Shown here piece after piece: positions 9,255 through 18,070 of a DNA stretch of 33,608 bases. Every line of letters starts with the position of its first letter. Within the stretch, counting starts at the first letter, position 1. Source of the stretch: Bdellovibrionia bacterium. GTDB taxonomy: Bacteria > Bdellovibrionota > UBA1018. A program made the translations under genes and the position numbers. The DNA lies in assembly GCA_045805065.1 (NCBI GenBank), contig JBJMMA010000183.1, positions 1 through 33,608 of the forward strand. The letters are read 5' to 3'. The notes below the pieces were generated by a model, which saw nothing but the letters and a program-made list of their open reading frames with translations, was not told where the DNA came from and searched no databases.

Positions 9255-9627
9255 TTCCAAAGCCGCAGCCCTTCTTTTGGGCTGCGCTTTTTTTCTCAGC
9301 GTTTCTTGCACAAGTCACAAAGGCAAGTTGACTCAAATGCCTGCGATGGAAGCGTTTGGGATGCTTCGCAACGACTTTGCGGTTCTCATCGATATTCGCG
9401 ATCCGGGTCAGCAAAACTTGGGCATGGCTCAAGGCGCATTATCCATGCCTGCATCTAGTCTCGATGAGAGCAAGCTCCCTAAAGGTAAACGCGTCATTGT
9501 TTATGGCGCGACCTATGAGGATGCTGCAAAAGTTTCAAAGCAACTTGCTGATGATGGATTTGATGTTGGCCTGATGGGGACTTACAACGACTGGGTTCAG
9601 GCCAAGCTTCCTACTCAGAAACACTGA
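9241..9627 (+). CDS. Rhodanese-like lipoprotein without the catalytic Cys
   Basis: Lipobox LSVSC, AVLIDIR, GALSMP, VIVYG (Cys position is Gly), GTYNDW...LP. Confidence 0.75.
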   Translation: MLHFNSKAAALLLGCAFFLSVSCTSHKGKLTQMPAMEAFGMLRNDFAVLIDIRDPGQQNLGMAQGALSMPASSLDESKLPKGKRVIVYGATYEDAAKVSKQLADDGFDVGLMGTYNDWVQAKLPTQKH

Positions 9628-9632
9628 AAGCT

Positions 9633-9938
9633 TTAAGCGGCGTCTTCGATTCGAACCCGTTTCTTGATATTTGCTTTTCTCAGCTGATCTTGAAAGCAAG
9701 CTTGGAGAGCTACTGTTTCTGAAAATCCCGCCTTCTTCGCGTAACGAACGGCCGCTTGTGCGCTTACAAGAGTGCGGCCTTTTTCAATTTCACAAACTGC
9801 TGACTTGGAAATTCCAAGCTTCTTTGCCATCTGAGCTTGAGTCAGATTGAGCGTGGTGCGCGCTCCCAACATGAAAGTGGCAAAGGTGAACGGCCCGTAA
9901 ATTTTTTCCATCACCTGGCTTGCGTCTTTAATATTCAT
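9633..9938 (-). CDS. higA: XRE-family HTH antitoxin (HigA-like)
   Basis: LTQAQMAKKLGISKSAVCEIEKGR HTH; downstream of and overlapping the toxin gene. Confidence 0.8.
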   Translation of the reverse strand: MNIKDASQVMEKIYGPFTFATFMLGARTTLNLTQAQMAKKLGISKSAVCEIEKGRTLVSAQAAVRYAKKAGFSETVALQACFQDQLRKANIKKRVRIEDAA

Positions 9939-10215
9939 GCTTATTTACCTCTAAAACTCCGACGAGAATGATATCTCCGGATTCATTTTCTTCGTAAATG
10001 ATTCGATATGATCTATTCAAGCGGACGGATCTCTCTCCCCGCCTCTCTCCCTTAAGCGGCTCATCGTGATATCCGGGAATCATGCGAGTGGCTTGTAATC
10101 CATCCAAATTTACCGATCGCATCCAATTAAAAAAAGCCGCCTTAATATATTTTGGGAGTTTCCCAATCTGTTTTTCAGCGAACTTGGTCAGCCAGACCCG
10201 ACAATGCTTTTTCAA
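9928..10215 (-). CDS. higB: RelE/ParE-superfamily mRNA interferase toxin (HigB-like)
   Basis: GYHDEPLKGERRGERSVRLNRSYRIIY...EVNKHEY; TTG start at 10215 after GAGGAGGA; toxin-first gene order. Confidence 0.82.
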   Translation of the reverse strand: MKKHCRVWLTKFAEKQIGKLPKYIKAAFFNWMRSVNLDGLQATRMIPGYHDEPLKGERRGERSVRLNRSYRIIYEENESGDIILVGVLEVNKHEY

Positions 10216-10228
10216 GCATTCCTCCTCA

Positions 10229-10257
10229 ATAGTACAGCAACTTACTGTACTTGTCAA
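10229..10257 (-). promoter_or_regulatory. Sigma70 promoter of the TA operon with an overlapping palindromic operator
   Basis: Minus strand TTGACA-N17-TACTAT; inverted repeat AGTACAG-N7-CTGTACT at 10231-10251. Confidence 0.85.
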
Positions 10258-10422
10258 AATATGACTTTAAGGATGCCGGCAGATACAAGATACACGCCTT
10301 ATAGGGCTCTTAATAAGATGAGATACGCCTGAGCTTTCGAACAAGAGGTCCGATGAACAGACTTGATTTGATCTAAGCGGCACGAACCCACTCGCACCAG
10401 GCGCGTCTCGCGCCGCGCTTAC

Positions 10423-11274
10423 TTAAGGCGGAAAACCAATCGAAAGCTTCACCGCACTGTACTCAGGATGAATCGTTCCGTCTTTCCGACGAACGATGAG
10501 ATCAGGCTCGACCCAGGTTTTGTCGCGGAAAGCTTCCGGAAGATGCTCTGAAAGGACCATCGCAAACAAGCAAAGAAGCGGTGGCTCCCCTTCACGTAAA
10601 ACGATGGGCTTGCGACGAACGATGGTGAGTCCTGCTTCGCGCGCACCCTCTTCGACGCGAGCCAATTGCTCAGGCGGGTTCATCGGAAAAACGCAGGCAA
10701 ACCAGCCACCGAGCGCCAGATGTTTTGCAGCGGTCAGACAATAGTTTGCAACGGTGCCACGCACTTCAAAGCGGCAGGCAATTTTCTGGGGATGATCGCC
10801 CAAGACTCCTGAGCCCAATGGAAAATACGGAGGGCTTCCTAAAACGAGATCAAACTTCTCGTCAGCACCGATCACGGCAGGATCACGAAAATCCCCCTGA
10901 CGGATCTCGTAGCGCTCTTCAAGGCCATTGTAGCGAGCGGACTTGCGCGCCAGAGCAACGCTTGCGTCTTGCGCCTCAACCGTTACAAAGCGTGCACCCG
11001 GCAGGCGCCACGCTGCGACCATTCCCACGGATCCAATCCCGCTTCCTAAATCCAGAACACGAGTGGCCGTCGGACAATGACTCGTTCCATACCAGGCAGT
11101 CAGAATGTCATCCGTTGAAAAGCGATGACCATCCTTCAATTGAAAAATACGAAAGCGCCCGCTGATCGCATCGAGAGTCTCCCCCTCGCCTACGGCCTGG
11201 ACGTCAGCCGGAGGATTTACGCGTGGACCGGGCTTTGCCCAGCCTTTAAAAAAATCACCACTGTCTATCGCCAT
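10423..11274 (-). CDS. SAM-dependent methyltransferase, TrmN6/YfiC (tRNA1Val m6A37)-like
   Basis: GHRFSTDD, VLDLGSGIGSV, VTVEAQ, GDFR, LVLGSPPYF. Confidence 0.75.
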   Translation of the reverse strand: MAIDSGDFFKGWAKPGPRVNPPADVQAVGEGETLDAISGRFRIFQLKDGHRFSTDDILTAWYGTSHCPTATRVLDLGSGIGSVGMVAAWRLPGARFVTVEAQDASVALARKSARYNGLEERYEIRQGDFRDPAVIGADEKFDLVLGSPPYFPLGSGVLGDHPQKIACRFEVRGTVANYCLTAAKHLALGGWFACVFPMNPPEQLARVEEGAREAGLTIVRRKPIVLREGEPPLLCLFAMVLSEHLPEAFRDKTWVEPDLIVRRKDGTIHPEYSAVKLSIGFPP

Positions 11275-12305
11275 CTGAACATCCAGGAGCCTGTAACCAA
11301 AAATACCGCCGTCATCCCGATCATCGCCAGGATCGATGGCGTGACCTGCGCCAAGGTAGCGCCTTCGGTCATGATTGCACGAGCGCTATTGATCATATGA
11401 GTCAGGGGGAAAGCAAGAGCAAGCTTTTGCACCCAAGGATGCGCGCCTTCGAGCGAAAACCAAACGCCCGAGAGAAACATCATCGGCCAGGAGATGAGAT
11501 TGAGAATCCCGCCTGCGAACTCCTCGCTTGCCGTACGACTTGCCATCAAAATTCCCAAAGAAATGAGGCAGAGCGATCCCAGCAGAAAAACAATGAAAAG
11601 CGAGACGTAAGAGCCCTGCATCCGGAAGTGAATGAGCAGATCGCAACCGATATAGACCGCCACGGTCGTGATCGTGAGAAGGATCAGGCGTGACACGACT
11701 TGCGCGAACAGAAACTCAAACGCGCGAAGGGGCGTTGCCTTCAGACGCTTGAGCACGCCGTTCTTGCGATAGCGAACAATATTATAGCCCACGCCAAAGA
11801 GCGCGCTGAACATCATGTTCATGGCGAGAAGGCCCGAGATCAGCCAATCCACGTAGCGAATCTCCTGCCCCTGAACCGTTTGCTTTTGAACCAGCACACC
11901 CGAGTCCTTGGTCATCTGACCCAAGAGCACCTTCTCAATGAGATAACCTTTTGGAGCGCTCTCGTTGGTCCAATACTTCAGCCCATGGCCCTCAGCACCG
12001 ACCTGAACCACCATATCGAGCTGATGGCGTCTGAGCTTTGCAAGCGCAGCGTCCAGATCCGGCGTATTGATGAACTGAGTGTACTGAGTCTTGAAGAACT
12101 CAGGAACAAAGGCTGCGTGTTGCTCTATCCCAGGGCTTACTGCCACCTTAAAGACGTTCTGGTTGTTTCCGCTGAACGCAAAACCAAACCCTAAGACCAC
12201 AAGCACCGGGAAAAGAATATTCCATCCCAAAGCTGAGCGATCGCGAACAAACTCTTTGTTACGGGAATGAAGAACCGCGATAAACCGAGTCCAAAAACCT
12301 TTCAT
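11265..12305 (-). CDS. ABC-2 type transporter permease
   Basis: N-terminal TM, extracytoplasmic domain, YRKNGVLKRLKATPL, FLSGVWFS, several TMs. Confidence 0.9.
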   Translation of the reverse strand: MKGFWTRFIAVLHSRNKEFVRDRSALGWNILFPVLVVLGFGFAFSGNNQNVFKVAVSPGIEQHAAFVPEFFKTQYTQFINTPDLDAALAKLRRHQLDMVVQVGAEGHGLKYWTNESAPKGYLIEKVLLGQMTKDSGVLVQKQTVQGQEIRYVDWLISGLLAMNMMFSALFGVGYNIVRYRKNGVLKRLKATPLRAFEFLFAQVVSRLILLTITTVAVYIGCDLLIHFRMQGSYVSLFIVFLLGSLCLISLGILMASRTASEEFAGGILNLISWPMMFLSGVWFSLEGAHPWVQKLALAFPLTHMINSARAIMTEGATLAQVTPSILAMIGMTAVFLVTGSWMFRWR

Positions 12306-12310
12306 AGGCG

Positions 12311-13282
12311 TTATCCCCGCAGATCCTTTCCGGTGAGTTCGATAAACAGATCCTCAAGCGTATGAGGCCTGACTTTCATCCGGGCCAGAGTCACGCCCGA
12401 ATCGATCAGAGTTCTCAACGTTGAGTTCACATCACCCGTTTTGATCTCAATCGTGCCGTGTCGATCCACCGCGTTCCAGCCGTTAAAGTGGAGGTCGAGC
12501 GTGTAATCCTCTTTAGGCAGCTCGACAAAGACCTGGTCAAAGTGCTTCTTTAAAAGCGCATCCGGCGCATCTTGAGCCAGGATCTGACCCCGGTCCATGA
12601 TCGCGATTTCATCACAAAGCTCATAAGCCTCATCCATATAATGGGTCGTCAGAATAATCGTCTTTCCCTGCGCCTTGATTGTACGCACGAGATCCCAGAA
12701 GTTTCGGCGAGCCTGCGGATCGAGCCCGGTCGTTGGTTCATCGAGAAAGATCAGATCCGGGTTGTTCACCAGGGCAATGGCAAGAAGAACGCGTTGGCGC
12801 TGGCCCCCCGAGAGCTGGTCGGTATCCCGATTAAGAAACTCGCGTAAGGAGCAAAGCTCGATCAACTCGTCCAGATTGGCGTGCTCAGTGTAAAAGCTTT
12901 GGAAAAGAGAAAGCGCCTCTTTGACCGAAAGGTAATCCTGCAAAGCGGTGCTTTGGAACTGAATGCCGGTCTTTTGCCTGAAGTTCTCATTAAAAGGGGT
13001 CCGTCCCCCATCTTTAAAGATAGGCTGGCCCTGGAAATAAATTTCGCCCGAGGTTGGCTCAGTGATCCCTTCAATGACTTCCAGGGTCGTGGTTTTACCG
13101 GCGCCATTTGGCCCCAGTAGCCCAAAGCAGACCCCGGGGCGGATGGCAAAGCTCACCCCATTCACTGCCTTCACCCAAGGCGATAATGAGCCATCAGGGC
13201 CCTGAGAGCGTTGCCGCCCGCGCACAGCGTAATGTTTGACTAGATTTCGGACCTCTAGAATCGGCAATGAGCTAGGCTGCAT
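12311..13282 (-). CDS. ABC transporter ATP-binding protein
   Basis: GPNGAGKTT, LSGGQRQR, FLDEPTTGLD, TTHYMDEA. Confidence 0.95.
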   Translation of the reverse strand: MQPSSLPILEVRNLVKHYAVRGRQRSQGPDGSLSPWVKAVNGVSFAIRPGVCFGLLGPNGAGKTTTLEVIEGITEPTSGEIYFQGQPIFKDGGRTPFNENFRQKTGIQFQSTALQDYLSVKEALSLFQSFYTEHANLDELIELCSLREFLNRDTDQLSGGQRQRVLLAIALVNNPDLIFLDEPTTGLDPQARRNFWDLVRTIKAQGKTIILTTHYMDEAYELCDEIAIMDRGQILAQDAPDALLKKHFDQVFVELPKEDYTLDLHFNGWNAVDRHGTIEIKTGDVNSTLRTLIDSGVTLARMKVRPHTLEDLFIELTGKDLRG

Positions 13283-13358
13283 ACGGCTATCATTTCATAA
13301 TAATCCTGTGGCGGCGAGATCAGGTTTAGGATTAAAAGACATCTAGGACAAAACACCC

Positions 13359-15188
13359 ATGGTTCTCAAACGCGCAAAACGGCTCCTCTTAGGAGAGCCG
13401 CTCCTCAGTCATCACGCGGCTCACGAAAAGATCCCAAAGTGGAAGGCACTCTCGACTCTTTCGTCTGACGCGCTCTCCTCAGTGGCTTACGCTACGGATG
13501 CCATCTTAGGAGTGCTGATTGTTGCAGCGGCAACGGTCTGGTCGATTCCAATCGCTATTGGGATCTCTGTCCTCCTTTTGATTCTGACTGCCTCTTATCG
13601 GCAAACCATCGACGCCTACCCGACCGGGGGTGGTGCGTATACGGTGGCCAAAGAAAACCTGGGCCAGACCGCGGGCTTGATCGCCGGCGGCGCACTCCTC
13701 GTGGACTACGTTCTAACGGTGTCCGTGTCGATTGCCTCAGGCGTTGAGAATATTTCATCCGCCTTCCCGTTCCTCAGCAATCATCACGAGAGCGCTTGCG
13801 CCGTGATCATTCTGGTGGTGACGTTTTTGAATCTTCGCGGAATCCGCGAGTCCTCAACGATTTTCGCCTTCCCGACTTATTTCTTCATCTTTTCGATTTT
13901 CATCATGCTTGGAACTGGATTCTTTCAAATCCTCACCGGCCATGCAGGCCCGGACACTTCTCCAGTTCTCCATAACGTCTATCCAGTCGTTGGACCGATC
14001 CTGATCCTCAGAGCGTTTGCTTCGGGCTGTTCTGCTCTGACCGGAGTCGAGGCCATCTCAAATGGCGTGACCGTCTTTCAAGTTCCTGAAGCTAAAAACG
14101 CTAAAGCGACCATGGCCTGGATGGCAGTCCTTCTCGGCGCTCTTTTCTTGGGAATCACGACCACAGCTCATGTGTTCCGACTTTTCCCAACCGAGAATCA
14201 AACGCTGATCTCGATGCTAGGTCGCCGGATTTATGGCGACGACACCATGATGTATTACCTGACCCAGGCAGCCACCGCGCTGATCTTGTTCCTGGCAGCC
14301 AATACGTCCTATGCCGACTTTCCGCGCTTGGCATCTTTGCTCGCCAAGGACCGCTTCCTTCCACGTCAGCTCGCCAGCATGGGCGACCGCCTGGTTTTCT
14401 CAAACGGAATCATCGGTCTTGGCATCAGCGCTCTTGCGATCATCATCGTCTTCCGTGGCGAATCGATCCACATGCTGCCGCTCTATGCGATCGGCGTTTT
14501 CCTCTCCTTCACCCTCTCTCAAGCGGGAATGGTCATTCACCATATCAAGGAAAAGGAACATGGCTGGCGCTCCTCGCTTGCCGTCAATGCGCTGGGCGCG
14601 ATCACGACCTTCATCGTTCTTCTGGACATTACCTGGACCAAGTTTGCTCACGGTGCCTGGGTCGTTGTCCTCGTTATTCCAGTCCTGGTGCTTGTGTTTA
14701 CACGAATTCATCGCCATTACCTGAATGTGGGTAAAGAACTCACCTTGATTGGCAAGTATCCACCGGCCCGCTTTGAGAAGATCAAGCACACGGTGATCAT
14801 CCCGATTTCGGGCATTCACCAAGGCGTGCTCGAAGCGCTTCAATACGCACTCTCGATCTCTCCTGACGTTCGCGCCTGTTACGTTGAGATTGACCCTGAG
14901 AAGACCAAGATCGTTCAAGAAGAATGGGAGCGCTGGGTCCCTGGAGTGCCATTCGTGGTTCTCAAGTCCCCTTACCGCTCCGTGATTCAGCCGCTCATCA
15001 ATTACATTGATGACGTCGAGCAGACCGCGCACGATGACATGGTCACCGTGGTTGTGCCTGAGTTTGTGACATCCAAATGGTGGCACAGCCTTCTTCACAA
15101 CCAAACGGCACTCTTCATCCGCGCCGCTCTCGCTTTGCGTCGCCGCCGCGTGGTGACGAGCGTTCGTTATCACCTGAAAAACACTTAG
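13359..15188 (+). CDS. APC-family permease, KimA/YdaO-like (putative K+/H+ symporter)
   Basis: LSSDALSSVAYA, YPTGGGAY, ALTGVEAISNG, DFPRL, and a cytosolic C-terminal domain with SPYRS and LHNQTA. Confidence 0.85.
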   Translation: MVLKRAKRLLLGEPLLSHHAAHEKIPKWKALSTLSSDALSSVAYATDAILGVLIVAAATVWSIPIAIGISVLLLILTASYRQTIDAYPTGGGAYTVAKENLGQTAGLIAGGALLVDYVLTVSVSIASGVENISSAFPFLSNHHESACAVIILVVTFLNLRGIRESSTIFAFPTYFFIFSIFIMLGTGFFQILTGHAGPDTSPVLHNVYPVVGPILILRAFASGCSALTGVEAISNGVTVFQVPEAKNAKATMAWMAVLLGALFLGITTTAHVFRLFPTENQTLISMLGRRIYGDDTMMYYLTQAATALILFLAANTSYADFPRLASLLAKDRFLPRQLASMGDRLVFSNGIIGLGISALAIIIVFRGESIHMLPLYAIGVFLSFTLSQAGMVIHHIKEKEHGWRSSLAVNALGAITTFIVLLDITWTKFAHGAWVVVLVIPVLVLVFTRIHRHYLNVGKELTLIGKYPPARFEKIKHTVIIPISGIHQGVLEALQYALSISPDVRACYVEIDPEKTKIVQEEWERWVPGVPFVVLKSPYRSVIQPLINYIDDVEQTAHDDMVTVVVPEFVTSKWWHSLLHNQTALFIRAALALRRRRVVTSVRYHLKNT

Positions 15189-15204
15189 TCAGAACGAGTC
15201 GTTG

Positions 15205-17169
15205 ATGCTTCACCTGAACGGGATCTCCAAGCAGTTCGGATCCAAAGTCCTTTTCACGGACGCTGAGGCTCATTTTGGCCATCGCTCGCGCGTTGCCTTG
15301 ATTGGCCCAAACGGTGCGGGAAAGAGCACGCTCATCAAGATCATCTTGGGTCTTGAGCAACCGGACTCAGGGCGCGTGACACGCGCTCAGCATCTGGCGA
15401 TTGGTCACCTGGCTCAGGAAGTTCCCAAGTTCTCAGGCCGCACTGTTCTTGAAGAAGTCATGCGCGTCAGCGATCGCCGGGATGATCTTCTCACCGCAAA
15501 AGCCGAGTTCGAAGAGAAGTTTACAAAAGCCGAACCTGCGCCCGAAGAGCTTGAGCGGTACGGCCGCATCTTAGAAGAACTTGAGCATCTCGATGAATAT
15601 CGTCTCGAGTCCAAGGCGAAAGAGATCCTATCCGGCATGGGTTTCAAGCCCACGGACTTCACACGCTCCCTCACTGAGTTCAGCGGCGGATGGCTGATGC
15701 GTATCGCACTCTCCCGCGTGCTTCTCATGGATCCAGACCTTTTGCTTTTGGACGAGCCTACCAACCATCTGGACCTTGAGTCGCTTCTCTGGCTTGAGCA
15801 GTTTTTGCGCTCTTTCCAGGGCGCTATCTTGCTCGTCAGCCACGATACTGAGTTCCTGAATCGCGTCGTCTCCGAAGTTCTTGAGATCGATCAGAAGAAG
15901 CTCTGGAGCTATCGCGGAAATCTTGAAAGTTACGCTGAGCAAAAACAAGAGCGCTTGAAGCTTCTGCAAGCTCAGTACGATAGCCAACAAGCCAAGATCG
16001 CGGACATTGAAGGCTTCGTCGCGCGCTTTGGCGCAAAAGCTACCAAAGCACGCCAGGCTCAAAGCCGTCTCAAGCAGCTGGAGAAGATGGAGCGCATCGA
16101 GCTTCCTGAGGATCGCTCAACGATTGGTTTCAGATTTCCTCCCGCTTCTCACAGCGGAAAAGAAGTCGTCACGGTTCGCAAGGCTTCCGTGAAGTATGAG
16201 GACAAGGTCGTATTTCGCGATCTTGATTGGGTGATCCGTCGTGGCTCGCGCGTAGCCATTGTTGGCGTGAACGGCGCCGGTAAAACGACGCTTTTAAGAC
16301 TTCTGTCCGGAAAACTTGCGCCATCCACAGGCGAAGTCAAAATGGGGCATCTCGTTCAACCTGGTTACTATGCCCAGATTCAGGCTGAGAGCTTGAATCT
16401 CAATAAGACGATCCTGGAAGAGCTGGAAATGACTGCGCCTGAGATGCCGGTCGCACAAGTGCGCGCGATTGCTGGTGCGTTTCTATTTACGGGCGATGCG
16501 GTTGAGAAAAAATGCGCGGTTCTTTCGGGTGGTGAAAAAGCGCGCGTGGCGCTTGCGAAGCTTCTCCTCTCCCCTTCCAATTTTCTGATCCTCGACGAGC
16601 CGACCAACCACTTGGACGTCGAATCCCGTGGCGTGCTCTTGGACGCCTTGCTGGATTATGAGGGAACGCTGGTTCTTGTTTCCCATGATCGCGCGTTTGT
16701 CTCGCCGCTAGTCGATACGGTTCTTGAAATCGAGCCATCGCCCCAAGGCTCGCGCGTCACGCAGCTTTTAGGAAGCTACGAGGATTACCTCGCCAAGAAG
16801 ACTGCTGCCTTGGCCGAAGCAAAAGCAGCGCTCAGCACGCAAGGCGGCTCAGCCGGAAAAGGCGCTGGCACGTCCTCGGGCCAATCAGGCTCCGCCGCGG
16901 CGAGTGCCACCTCGCCAAAAAAGAGCGGTCCATCCAACAATCAAAAGAATGCCTGGATGAAAGAGCGTGAGCAGATTGAAGCCAAGATCTCAAAGCTTGA
17001 GACAGAACAAGCCCGTCTGAGCGAGCTCATGGCAGATCCTAAAACTTACGAAGACAAGGCTAAGTCCATCGCTTTGGCGGAAGAGCAGCGCAAAGTCGAT
17101 CAGACCCTCACTGAAGCCATGGCGCGCTGGGAAGAGCTTTGCGCGCTTCTTGAGGAAGCCGGCCTGTGA
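15205..17169 (+). CDS. ABC-F family ATPase (ribosome-associated)
   Basis: Two NBDs (GPNGAGKST, FSGGW, DEPTNHLD; GVNGAGKTT, LSGGEK, DEPTNHLD), linker KARQAQSR, C-terminal coiled coil, no TM. Confidence 0.95.
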   Translation: MLHLNGISKQFGSKVLFTDAEAHFGHRSRVALIGPNGAGKSTLIKIILGLEQPDSGRVTRAQHLAIGHLAQEVPKFSGRTVLEEVMRVSDRRDDLLTAKAEFEEKFTKAEPAPEELERYGRILEELEHLDEYRLESKAKEILSGMGFKPTDFTRSLTEFSGGWLMRIALSRVLLMDPDLLLLDEPTNHLDLESLLWLEQFLRSFQGAILLVSHDTEFLNRVVSEVLEIDQKKLWSYRGNLESYAEQKQERLKLLQAQYDSQQAKIADIEGFVARFGAKATKARQAQSRLKQLEKMERIELPEDRSTIGFRFPPASHSGKEVVTVRKASVKYEDKVVFRDLDWVIRRGSRVAIVGVNGAGKTTLLRLLSGKLAPSTGEVKMGHLVQPGYYAQIQAESLNLNKTILEELEMTAPEMPVAQVRAIAGAFLFTGDAVEKKCAVLSGGEKARVALAKLLLSPSNFLILDEPTNHLDVESRGVLLDALLDYEGTLVLVSHDRAFVSPLVDTVLEIEPSPQGSRVTQLLGSYEDYLAKKTAALAEAKAALSTQGGSAGKGAGTSSGQSGSAAASATSPKKSGPSNNQKNAWMKEREQIEAKISKLETEQARLSELMADPKTYEDKAKSIALAEEQRKVDQTLTEAMARWEELCALLEEAGL

Positions 17170-17384
17170 GCAAACTCGATGTCTTTACCGAGCGCAGGCT
17201 TTTGAAATTTATCGGCGATCATCGCACCAAAGAAGGATCGCTTCCGACGCTCAAGGATCTGGATGCCGCAGGGTTTGGCAAAGAGATCGTCGACGCCGCT
17301 ATCAAGCAAGGGTTGATCGAGATGTTCTACGTCACCCTCACCAATGGCAGCGTCGTCAAAGGCTACAAGATCAAACAGACCTAA
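17166..17384 (+). CDS. Small hypothetical protein, possible winged-helix fold
   Basis: GTGA overlap with the ABC-F stop; helices followed by a beta-hairpin (YVTLTNGSVVKGYKI). Confidence 0.55.
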   Translation: MSKLDVFTERRLLKFIGDHRTKEGSLPTLKDLDAAGFGKEIVDAAIKQGLIEMFYVTLTNGSVVKGYKIKQT

Positions 17385-17932
17385 GGCTGCAGCTCGCCTT
17401 CAGGAAACGGGAAGATGATGTCCCGGTTCTGATAATTATATTTCTCGCAGGTCTTTACGATCTTGAAGAAGACATCGATCATCCGAGGATCGTTCAGCTC
17501 TTTATAGATCATCGTGAAAAGCTTCAGACGCATATCCATTGAAGTCTTGCAAAAGCCTGCGTCGACATAGCAGCTCGTATGCGAAATGATGGCTTCGTCT
17601 TCTGTCCGTGAGCAGGCCCAATCAACGGGCATCGTGTTGAGTTCGGTTTGCAAGCAAACTGCAGTGCGCTCAATCCAGGCTTTCTCTGCTGGGGTGACCT
17701 CCGCGCCGAGCTTCTTTGAGATCATTGAGCAGTAAGGATAACCAAATCGTTGGAAGTAGCCTTCCTTACCGCAAGGCTGAATGGACTCCCGGCACTGGTA
17801 GTATTCGCAACTGCCGATCTTGCTCGAGCAGTCTTTGTAAGTGCCTGCTCCGGTGCCTGCTTTGGCCCCTGCACTTGCAATGACCGCAAACGCTGATGCA
17901 CATGATGCAATAACGAGAAGAAGGCGTTTCAT
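17381..17932 (-). CDS. Secreted 10-Cys protein, stanniocalcin-like
   Basis: Signal peptide; CEYYQC..PCG..GY...GY.YC...W.....CLQ...C...H..CYV..GFC...C, with Cys spacing close to that of stanniocalcin. Confidence 0.6.
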   Translation of the reverse strand: MKRLLLVIASCASAFAVIASAGAKAGTGAGTYKDCSSKIGSCEYYQCRESIQPCGKEGYFQRFGYPYCSMISKKLGAEVTPAEKAWIERTAVCLQTELNTMPVDWACSRTEDEAIISHTSCYVDAGFCKTSMDMRLKLFTMIYKELNDPRMIDVFFKIVKTCEKYNYQNRDIIFPFPEGELQP

Positions 17933-18070
17933 GGCCGCAGGTTTTACGGCCGTTTGGTGAATTAATCAACTTAAATAAACTAAATTAGTCAATTACTAGT
18001 GTAATAATTCAACTCACCTAGCTTTGCTGCGATATCAACGACTTACCGAAAGCGTGATACTGCTACAGGC

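Noticed and set aside
13283..13358. ydaO/c-di-AMP riboswitch upstream of the KimA-like gene
   Set aside because: The divergent intergenic gap is only 76 bp and has no matching structure.
17955..18020. AT-rich patch as a dif site or replication origin
   Set aside because: No XerD arm (TTATGTTAAAT) and no DnaA boxes recognised.
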